Shown piece after piece: positions 21,099 through 29,548 of a DNA stretch of 64,000 nt. Positions within the stretch are counted from its first letter, which is position 1. Each line of letters opens with the position of its first letter. The stretch comes from a bacterium. Lineage in GTDB: Bacteria; UBA8248; JACPRG01; G963555815. The position numbers and the translations under genes were made by a program. A model generated the notes under the pieces. The model searched no databases. It was not told the origin of the DNA and saw nothing but the letters and a program-made list of their open reading frames with translations. The stretch lies in assembly GCA_965218795.1 (NCBI GenBank), contig OZ244653.1, positions 1,984,001 through 2,048,000 of the forward strand, written 5' to 3'.

Positions 21099-22037
21099 AT
21101 GAGTGACCGAAAACTCGTTGAGGAGTTTGTCCTGGAGCCGGCCACGGGCCGGGGGGTTCCGGTGTTGCGGGGCCAAGTGATACGGATCGAACAAATTGGG
21201 GAGGGGCATCCCCTCGATTTCAATGCGTATAATCTTCACGATTACAAGGAAACTTTCCACGCCGGCCGGACCCGCATGATGCACGGCCTCAATCCGACCG
21301 GAGACGACCATCTTTGGTCGTCTCCGCCGCGAGACCGGAGGATGTACACCATCGTGGAGGATACGGTCGGGACCAACGACGTCATGTTTCCCCGCTGCAC
21401 GGCCTTCCGCTACGAATATCAATTCGGCTTTAGCGGCTATCCGCCCCACAGCAACTGCGCCGACATTTTCGCAGAGGCCGTCCGGGAATGGGAACTGACT
21501 CCGGACGACGTACACGACGCGTTCAACGGGTTCACCAACAGCGGCGTGAATCCGGACGGGACCTTGTTCTTCGGGCGAGCCTACGCGAGGGAGGGGGATT
21601 ACCTTGACTTGCTCGCGCACTTCGATACGCTCGCGGTTCCTGTCAGCTGCGGTGGCGATCTGTCGACCACCAATAATTACGAGATGAAGGGTCTGAAGAT
21701 TCAAATTTTCGAAGGAAACGAAGACGACCAAACTAAGCTGGGCACCGACCTGTTCGATCACCAGCGCACGGTTGATCAGTTTAAGGTAAAGACCATCAAG
21801 GCGGATCGACCGCTGAAACGGGATTCGAGCTATGTCCCCGAGTGGCCGTGGCAGGCGGCGGTCCAGGCGAGAATCGAGGTCGAAGTCGAATTGGACGATC
21901 GACAGACCCGCCTCCTGGAGGAGCTGAAGCGAGACCCAGAATTTGCCGACTTCACCGAAGAGGAGATCGTCCGCTACTGTTTTTTCCGCTGGTGGACCGA
22001 TAAGTTCATGCGCGGGGTGTACCACCTGCAAGACTGA
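21099..22037 (+). CDS. DUF1989 (urea carboxylase-associated family) protein with C-terminal extension
   Basis: GQVIRIEQ..LDFNAY, HLWSSPPRDR, DTVG, HSNC, DDVHDAFN and GDYLDL motifs. Confidence 0.85.
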   Translation: MSDRKLVEEFVLEPATGRGVPVLRGQVIRIEQIGEGHPLDFNAYNLHDYKETFHAGRTRMMHGLNPTGDDHLWSSPPRDRRMYTIVEDTVGTNDVMFPRCTAFRYEYQFGFSGYPPHSNCADIFAEAVREWELTPDDVHDAFNGFTNSGVNPDGTLFFGRAYAREGDYLDLLAHFDTLAVPVSCGGDLSTTNNYEMKGLKIQIFEGNEDDQTKLGTDLFDHQRTVDQFKVKTIKADRPLKRDSSYVPEWPWQAAVQARIEVEVELDDRQTRLLEELKRDPEFADFTEEEIVRYCFFRWWTDKFMRGVYHLQD

Positions 22038-22154
22038 GTGATTTGGGACGTCCGTTGGGACAGGACTCCGCCCCATAGGGTCCCGAGGATGGCCGGTTCT
22101 CCGAATCCCAAATGCAAGTCCGGTTGAACTGTAGCCGAATAAGGAGGAAGCATC

Positions 22155-23270
22155 ATGAAGCGGAATCGCAGAAACCGCTCGACTGCTGCAAAGACCGTGA
22201 GCCGCCGCCACTTTCTCAAGGGAGCCGTAGGCACTGCGGCCCTGTTGAAGGCGCCCGCCTTTATTCGGAACGCCGGCGCTTCCCAGCTCAGGAAGGTGAA
22301 GTTTCAGCTCGCTTGGATCCCCTCGGGTGAATACACGCCTTGGTTCGCGGCCAAAGAGATGGGATTCTGGTCCGAACTCGGGCTGGATGTTGAAATCTTC
22401 CGTGGATTCGGGTCTGGGAAGACCGCGAAGAATGTCTCCCTCGGCCAGTTCGACGTGGGGGAGGCGAGCTTCGGCTTGGTCGCGAATACCGCTTCCAAGG
22501 GCGGCGCACTCACCGCCCTGGCGGCCCGGTACCAGAAATCTCCGGTCGGCATGATGGCGCTCAGTAAAAAGGGGTTGAAGAGTCCGCAAGACCTGGAAGG
22601 CATGACTGTCGGGAGCGCTGCGTTCAGCGGGGCCTATCGGCTCTTCCCTGCGTTTGCCAAGGCGACGAGACTCGACGCCTCCAAAGTCAAGTTCCAGATG
22701 ATTTCGCCCGCCGCGTATTTTTCCTCCCTGCTCGCCGGCAAGGTGGACGCGGTCGCCACGTATTATGTTTCCCAAGCCCCGCCCCTGCTGGCCAAGAACA
22801 TTGCTTTCGACTTCCTCTTCTTCGCGGACTACCAGCTGGACATGCTCGATCAGACCCTGATTACGCGACCCGACAGCCTGAAAAAGGATCGGGAACTGTA
22901 TCGGAATTTCGTGATGGGCGCGCTGAAAGGGGTCGCCTTCAGCTACCTGAGTCCTCAAAAGACCGTGGACATCGCCATGAAGCAGCTGGCGGCCCTGGGC
23001 TTCGGAAAAGGTTCCCGCCGGAACGTCGAACTCGCCCAGGGCGTGGCGACGGCCCTCGGGATTTCGAAGGCGGTTGAGAAGCGCGGCATCGGCTGGATGG
23101 AACCCGCTCTCGTGAAAGACACCGTGGACAAGGTCGTAAGGTACCTGGGGGCAAACAAGATCGACGATGTGAATGCCCTTTACACCAATGAGTTCGTAGG
23201 GGGCGTCAATCTCAAGCCGGAGCAGTGGGCGAAACTCCAGGCCGAGAGCAAGAAATACCTGCCATCCTAG
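22155..23270 (+). CDS. ABC substrate-binding protein, NMT1/THI5 family, Tat-exported
   Basis: SRRHFLK twin-arginine signal; FAAKEMGFWSELGLDV and RGFGSG motifs; RBS AAGGAGG. Confidence 0.9.
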   Translation: MKRNRRNRSTAAKTVSRRHFLKGAVGTAALLKAPAFIRNAGASQLRKVKFQLAWIPSGEYTPWFAAKEMGFWSELGLDVEIFRGFGSGKTAKNVSLGQFDVGEASFGLVANTASKGGALTALAARYQKSPVGMMALSKKGLKSPQDLEGMTVGSAAFSGAYRLFPAFAKATRLDASKVKFQMISPAAYFSSLLAGKVDAVATYYVSQAPPLLAKNIAFDFLFFADYQLDMLDQTLITRPDSLKKDRELYRNFVMGALKGVAFSYLSPQKTVDIAMKQLAALGFGKGSRRNVELAQGVATALGISKAVEKRGIGWMEPALVKDTVDKVVRYLGANKIDDVNALYTNEFVGGVNLKPEQWAKLQAESKKYLPS

Positions 23271-23296
23271 GGAGGAGGGCCCCGTCTGATGGGGAG

Positions 23297-24566
23297 TGAC
23301 CTGCCCCCACTAACGAGACCACGTGCTACGTTAGACACGGGACCCTTTGCAGTCCACTCCGGGGAACCGGCGCCAGGGCTTGGGTTCTTGGGAATCTGGC
23401 CTCTGGTGCGGGTGGCCGGTAGGCCAAGGCACTGTGAGGCCGTCGCTGGTTGTACTCCCGCCTCCACCTCTCCACCAGCACCTGGGCCTCTTTCAGGGTC
23501 TCGAAGCTCTCCACGTTCAGGAGCTCATCCCTCAGCTTCCCGTTGAAACTCTCCACATATCCGTTCTCCCAGGGACTCCCTGGCTCGATATACAATGTCC
23601 TCACGCCAACCGCCTTGAGCCAGTGCCTGACCACCCTCGCTGTGAACTCCGACCCGTTATCTGACCGGAGGTATTCAGGGACGCCCCGGCCCACAAACAA
23701 CTCTGCCAACCGCTCCAGCACATCCTGGTGATTCATCTGCCTTTGGACATCAATGGATATACATTCTCGGCTGTACTCATCCAAAATGGTCAGCAGCCGG
23801 AAAGCCCTCCCTTCTTGGGTGCGCTCATGCATGAAGTCATAGCTCCAGACATGGTTCCGATGAGTCGGTCTCAGGCGCACGCAAGAGCCGTCATGGAGCC
23901 ACAGTCTCCTGCGTTTCGGCTGTCTGGACGGGACCTTCAGCCCCTCCTGCCTCCAGAGCCTTTCCACGCGCTTGTGGTTCACCTTCCACCCCTCCCAACG
24001 AAGCATGGCCGTGATCCTCCGGTAGCCGTATCGGCCGTACTGACTGGCCAGTTCCACCATCCGGATCACCAGTTGCGCCTCTTCCTTGGGGAACTGCGGG
24101 ATTCTTCGTTGGGTCGATCTGGCCTGTCCCAGCACGCGGCAGGCCCGACGCTCGGAGACTCGCTCAGGCCCGAATCGCTCTCTGACCCATACCACGACTC
24201 GTCTCCGCTTCGCCGGGCTTAGAAGTTTCCCGAGGAGACTTCCTTCAGGATCTGGTTGTCCAGGGACAGATCCGCCACCAGCTTCTTCAGCCGGGCATTC
24301 TCCTGCTCCAGGGACTTCAGACGCTTGGCCTGGTCCATCCTCAGACCCCCGTACTCCTTCCTCCACCGGTAGTAGGTTTGCTCCGTCACCCCGATCTGCT
24401 TGCACACCTGGCCTACCGTCTTCCCCTGGGACTGGGCCACCTCCGCCTCTCGCAGCTTGATGATGATCTGCTCGGCCGTAAACCGCTTCCTTGCCATCCT
24501 TCCCCTCCTTCCGAAAATCCAGGAATACTCATTTATAAACTGGACCCGTTTGAAGGGGGCAGGTCA
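23297..24566 (-). mobile_element. IS3-family element, complete (orfA 24219-24497; orfB to 23326 via -1 frameshift)
   Basis: IRs begin TGACCTGCCCCC at both ends; DDE motifs WSYDF, SDNGSEF and ENGYVESFNG; no target duplication seen. Confidence 0.95.
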
Positions 24567-25145
24567 CCACCTATCGTCAAAACGGCACTTGGTATTTCTG
24601 AAGTAGTGATAACCGTATTGTTCACAATCGAGTACGTTCTTCGCATCGCGACATCACCCAAGAAGACGGACTACATTTTCAGCTTCTATGGCATTATCGA
24701 TTTGGTCGCCGTCCTCCCGTTTTATCTTTCTCTCGGAATCGATCTTCGCTCCGTCCGTGCTTTTCGTTTATTTCGCATTGTTCGTATCTTAAAACTCACG
24801 GGGTATAACAGTGCAATGGCACGATTTGGAAAAGCCATTTCGTACGCCAGAGAAGAAGCTACGATCTTCTTTTTCGCAACAATAATACTTCTCTATCTTT
24901 CGGCAGTAGGTATCTATTATTTCGAACATGATGCCCAACCTGAGAACTTTCGATCGATTTTCCATAGCTTGTGGTGGGCCATTGCTACACTCACGACGGT
25001 GGGCTACGGCGATGTCTATCCCGTAACAGTGGGAGGCAAGCTGTTTACCTTCGTAATTCTGATGTGCGGCATGGGTATTGTGGCTGTGCCAGCGGGGCTT
25101 GTCGCCGCAGCACTGTCAAAAGTTCGAGAGAATGAAGATTGCTAA
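24567..25145 (+). pseudogene. Voltage-gated potassium channel (ion transporter), 5'-truncated by IS
   Basis: S4 segment RAFRLFRIVRILK; selectivity filter TTVGYGD; low GC; no native start codon. Confidence 0.85.
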
Positions 25146-25433
25146 ATGGGTAGGTTGCGACGACTCATCAAAGCGTAACGGCCGTCATTATCCCTTACCA
25201 TCGCCGCCGCAATGGTCCTCCCCACCCACTCCCCCGCCTCGACGAGGTGGTCGTCTGTGTAGCGGATCGAAGATAATTGAGAATGGCTCGGAAAATCGCC
25301 CATGAAAAGGGGGTAAAAGGGGCGTGCATCGACCACGTTGGATGCCAGCGGTGGCCGATTAGAATTCCGAATCATCATGGGCAGGTTCTCTCCCGACATG
25401 ACGGGATGACCGGCTCGGGTGTAGCGGAGGTTG

Positions 25434-25692
25434 TGGACTTGACCCATTTCGGTGGACACTTTCGTACTGTGCGCAGGACGTGTTCAGATGACAAAGACTC
25501 ATTCCCCTTACGCGCCGGCGTAACGGCGCCAGATGGTCGAGCGGGTCCGCGCGGGGCGCACGCCCGGGGAGCTGGCTCGCGAGTTTGAGTGCTCCGCTTC
25601 GGCGATTCGCAACTGGGTACGCCAAGCCGATCGGGACGAGGGCCGTCGTGAGGACGGTCTGAGGAGTTCGGAGCGTGGAGGAGCTCGAGCGG
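25434..25692 (+). mobile_element. Degraded left end and orfA of the 17987-type IS3
   Basis: IR TGGACTTGACCCATTTCGGTGGACAC; [11 protein letters not shown] followed by orfA homology. Confidence 0.85.
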
Positions 25693-25929
25693 ATCGTTTT
25701 GCGTGAATGGAGCCGTGCGACGGGCCACGGTGCGGGGATGTCGAAATCAGGGTCCCGGGAGCGATAACCGACAAGCGCAGACATGTCATGCCTGCATATT
25801 GATCAAATCCGGTTGCGAAACGATCACCCAGCCCAGTAGGACATAATCAGGCGAGTTGCAGCGAACACGGAAACAACATTGAAAAACAAATAGATAAACG
25901 ATATTTGAGAGCGTGGAAATTCTCTAGAA

Positions 25930-26127
25930 CTGCATAAGTGTGGCAAAGATCATGAACCGGAAGCCGGCCTCCAGCCTTCGCCCAGAATGTCGGTCGCGAT
26001 ACTGTCGGCGATCCGAGCCGCCGACTCCTGCACCGAGTCGCGCGCCAGATGGGTATAGCGCGCCGTGGTCTCGACTTGGCTGTCCCCCAACGCCAAGGCC
26101 CTGGACGCGAAGGAATGACAAAGATCA
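25930..26127 (-). pseudogene. Duplicated integrase C-terminal tail (imperfect tandem repeat, 175-bp period)
   Basis: DDLCHSFASRALALG-DSQVETTARYTHLARDSVQESAARIADSIATDILGEGWRPASGS* with a 30-nt internal deletion. Confidence 0.85.
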
Positions 26128-27345
26128 TCATCCGGAAGCCGGCCCCCAGCCTTCGTCCAGAATGTCGGCCGCGATACTCCCGGCGATACGCTCCGCGGCC
26201 TCCTGCACCGAATCCCGCGCCAGATGGGCGTACCGGGCCGTGGTCTCCACCTGGCTGTGGCCCAACAGCTTGCCGATCATCGGCAAGCTCTCCCCCAGCG
26301 CCAGGGCCCTGGACGCGAAGCTGTGACGCAGGTCATGAATCCGGACGTCCTCCAGGCCGGCCCGCGCCCGGATGGCCTGCCAGGCCTGATCCACGTTGCT
26401 CATGTGCGTACCCGGCTTCCTCCCGGGAATGACCCACGGGTTGCCCGGTTCCCGAGGCAGACCGGAAAGAAGCTTCATTGCCGAGGGCGACAAGGGAACC
26501 ACCCGTGCGCCCGTCTTCGCGTCGGGCAGCCTCAATTCGTTGTCATCCAGCGCCACGTCCTCCCAGCGCAGGGTCAGGATCTCGTTCTTCCGGCATCCGG
26601 TCAGCATCAGCAGACGGAGAGCGGTCACCGCGGATGCCGACGCGCCGCCCTGGGCCTCGACCTCATCCAGCACCTGCCCCAGGCGGGTGAACTCCCCATC
26701 GGTCAGAAACCGTTCCTGCTTGCGCAAGGGATACTTGACGACAGAGCGGCAGGGGTTGCACCCCTCCGGAACGAGTCCCCAGCCCTCGGCCAGCCTGTAC
26801 ATCAGCGACAGGGTGCGGACCACCATGTTCGCAATGGAAGGTGTCTCGCACAGGCGTTGATGCAGCTCCGTGACCTGCGCGCGCTCGACCGCCACGAGAG
26901 ACAGCCTGCCGAGAACGGGCACGATATGACGGTTCACCACCGTGCGGGTCGATGCTGCGGTACGCGGCTTGCAGCGCACGGCCACATGCTCTTCGAGAAA
27001 CCGCCTTGCAAGCTCGCCCACGGTCGGCCCCCCGGACAGCCTGACCGACATCGGCTCGGGCACCGGCTCCGCGCCCGCCTTGACCCGGGCGATGATCAAG
27101 GCCGCCCTCTGACGCGCCTGCTCCGCGCCGAGCACCCCGTGCCGACCCACCGTGACCCGCTTCGGTCCCCCCGGTCCCCGGGCCTGGGCGATATAGACCT
27201 TTCCGCCCGTGGGATAGACCCGCACCCCGAATCCCGTGAGCTCGTGATCCCAGAACACCGTGTCTTTTTCTACCTTCAGCTTCTCGACCGTGCGGTTCGA
27301 GAGCGTCTTGTATGCCAGCTTCGCCATGTCCGGATCCAGCCTCAT
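26128..27345 (-). CDS. Tyrosine recombinase/integrase with N-terminal arm-DNA-binding domain
   Basis: FWDHELTGFGVRV; catalytic residues in TGCR, AKTG, HDLRH and LLGH..RY are all intact. Confidence 0.95.
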   Translation of the reverse strand: MRLDPDMAKLAYKTLSNRTVEKLKVEKDTVFWDHELTGFGVRVYPTGGKVYIAQARGPGGPKRVTVGRHGVLGAEQARQRAALIIARVKAGAEPVPEPMSVRLSGGPTVGELARRFLEEHVAVRCKPRTAASTRTVVNRHIVPVLGRLSLVAVERAQVTELHQRLCETPSIANMVVRTLSLMYRLAEGWGLVPEGCNPCRSVVKYPLRKQERFLTDGEFTRLGQVLDEVEAQGGASASAVTALRLLMLTGCRKNEILTLRWEDVALDDNELRLPDAKTGARVVPLSPSAMKLLSGLPREPGNPWVIPGRKPGTHMSNVDQAWQAIRARAGLEDVRIHDLRHSFASRALALGESLPMIGKLLGHSQVETTARYAHLARDSVQEAAERIAGSIAADILDEGWGPASG

Positions 27346-28526
27346 GCCGCCTCGGTGCTCCGCGGCCCGATGTGGGCCCCGATGCTGTCGCCCACCCGGG
27401 TGGCCGCGACCTTCTCCGCATCCCGCATCAGGTGCGCGTACCGCGCTGTTGTCCCCACCTTCCTGTGACCGAGCAGCTTCCCGATCGTGGGCAGGCTCTC
27501 GCCAAGCGCCAGGGCCCTCGATGCATAGGAATGCCGGATGTCGTGGATCCGAACGTCATCGAGGCCGGCGCGTTCGCAAATCCGCATCCAGTAGAGTTGG
27601 AGGTCAGGCAGGTGGGAATCCGGCTTCCGGCCCACAATCACCCAGGGTTTGCCCGAGACCCGAGGGATGCCGTCGAGCACCGCCAGCACAGGCGCGGTCA
27701 GGGGCACCATGCGAGGACCCGACTTGGCCTCCCTGAGCCTCAGTTCGCCCGCCGTGCGGTCCACGTCGTCCCAGCGCAGCGTCAGGATCTCGCTCTTCCG
27801 GCATCCGGTCAGCATCAGCAACCGGAGCGCTGCAATCGCCGGCGGCCATACCGAGCCGTCCGTTTCCGCATCCCTCAATACACGGCCCAGGCGCCGGAAC
27901 TCCTCCGGCGTCAGAAACCGCTCGCGCGACCGCATTTTGTAACGGCGCACCGACCGGCACGGGTTCCGGCCGGGCGGTATCCGGTCCCACGCCTCGGCCA
28001 GCGAGAACATTTTCGACAGGATATTGACCGTCCCGTTGGCCATTGCAGGTGTGTCGTGGAGCCGGTGATGCAGCGCCGCAATCTCCCCTCGTCCGACCTC
28101 GCTGATTGACATCCCGCCCAGCACCGGCAAGATGTGTTTGTCGAGTACCAATCGATACTTGGCGGCCGTGCTCGGCTTGCAATGCGCCTTGACATGGGTG
28201 CGCAGAAAGCGTTCGGACAGTTCGGCCACCGTGAGCTCCGGTTCGGGTGGTGCGGGCGCGGGGTCCTCCCCCCGCTTGATGCGGTCGATGACCACGGCCG
28301 CCCGCTTCCTCGCCTCATCGGTCGACATATCCCCATGCCGCCCGAGGGTCACTCGCTTCGGCCCGGTGGGCCCCCGGGACTGGACCACGTAGACCTTGCG
28401 GCCCGTGGCATGAACACGCACCCCGAAGCCGGCCAGATCCCGATCCCAGAAGACGGCGTCCTCGGCTTGGACGGTGAGCGCGTCCACGGTGCGCTTGGTG
28501 ATCCTGAGCTCGCTTCGTCTGGGCAT
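27342..28526 (-). CDS. Tyrosine recombinase/integrase (tandem paralogue)
   Basis: FWDRDLAGFGVRV; TGCR, AKSG, HDIRH and LLGH..RY; ATGA overlap with the next integrase. Confidence 0.95.
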   Translation of the reverse strand: MPRRSELRITKRTVDALTVQAEDAVFWDRDLAGFGVRVHATGRKVYVVQSRGPTGPKRVTLGRHGDMSTDEARKRAAVVIDRIKRGEDPAPAPPEPELTVAELSERFLRTHVKAHCKPSTAAKYRLVLDKHILPVLGGMSISEVGRGEIAALHHRLHDTPAMANGTVNILSKMFSLAEAWDRIPPGRNPCRSVRRYKMRSRERFLTPEEFRRLGRVLRDAETDGSVWPPAIAALRLLMLTGCRKSEILTLRWDDVDRTAGELRLREAKSGPRMVPLTAPVLAVLDGIPRVSGKPWVIVGRKPDSHLPDLQLYWMRICERAGLDDVRIHDIRHSYASRALALGESLPTIGKLLGHRKVGTTARYAHLMRDAEKVAATRVGDSIGAHIGPRSTEAA

Positions 28527-28938
28527 GGACCATCCTTGCTTTTGTACGATGCTGATCAGCCTGCAATTACCGTAATCAAAACGAATATGAACGGCATCAA
28601 CTCGGTGCGTATTTGAGCACAAACATGGCGGGAATGCAAGGGGCTGAAGATAGGAGAAGAATTGAAATAAGTGAATAAAAATAACTAGTTATAGTACTAG
28701 AACGCATTCAGGCGCTTCATTGGCAGATGAATGGACTTTCTATAATATTTTCTTGACGGGAACCCTGCAAATCCCTTGCAAATTGACACACTGGGAGGAC
28801 CGAATCCGGCTTCCAAATACTTTCCCGCGAGGCTCAGCCGCATCTTTACGGTCCTGATATACTGGAGTCGTTTGAAACGGATCGAGCGCCCCGACAAGCT
28901 CGAAGCACTTCCTATTCGTTCACTCAGCGGAGGAACCA

Positions 28939-29475
28939 GTGGCAGACCAGAAACCCGAAGAGACGGGCGGCTACGCCGAGCACAAGGAACTCAGCGCCGA
29001 CAAGGAACATCTCCCGTTCGCCGTGATCACGGTAAGCGATACCCGTACGGAGGAAACCGACAAGAGCGGGCGGCTCATCAAAGAGCAGATGACCGCAAAG
29101 GGACACCGCCTCGAGCGTTACAACATCGTCAAGGACGACCAGGACACCGTGCGGACGGAATTCGAGGCGTGCCTGTCCAACCCTGAAATCTGCATCATCA
29201 TCTCGAACGGAGGGACGGGCGTTGCCGTGCGCGACGGGACCTACGAGGTTGTGGCTTCTCTTCTGGAAAAAACCCTGACCGGGTTCGGTGAGATTTTTCG
29301 GATGCTGAGCTACGATGACATCGGCCCCGGAGCCATCATGAGCCGAGCCACGGCGGGGATCGCCCGGGGGAAAGTCGTTTTCGCTATCCCGGGATCGTCA
29401 GGCGCCGTCCGGCTGGCCCTGGAGAAAATCATCCTGGAGGAGGCGGCGCATGTCTACTGGGAGATCACGAAATAG
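28939..29475 (+). CDS. moaB: Molybdenum cofactor biosynthesis protein B
   Basis: ITVSDTR..DKSG, GGTG, GFGEIFR, SRATAG and PGS motifs; RBS GGAGG. Confidence 0.92.
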   Translation: MADQKPEETGGYAEHKELSADKEHLPFAVITVSDTRTEETDKSGRLIKEQMTAKGHRLERYNIVKDDQDTVRTEFEACLSNPEICIIISNGGTGVAVRDGTYEVVASLLEKTLTGFGEIFRMLSYDDIGPGAIMSRATAGIARGKVVFAIPGSSGAVRLALEKIILEEAAHVYWEITK

Positions 29476-29548
29476 GACGTGAGAGTCAGGCGCTCTTCCG
29501 GTCGACGCAGGCGGCTGTGAGTCGGTGGGGTGGAGCGGCGGACTCCTC

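Noticed and set aside
21063-22958. Long antisense ORFs (also 26224-27468, 30671-31960, 47373-49061 and others)
   Set aside because: These are high-GC shadow frames of well-supported genes on the opposite strand.
25142-25459. 105-aa minus-strand ORF
   Set aside because: Its start lies inside an IS end and the remainder is unrecognisable.
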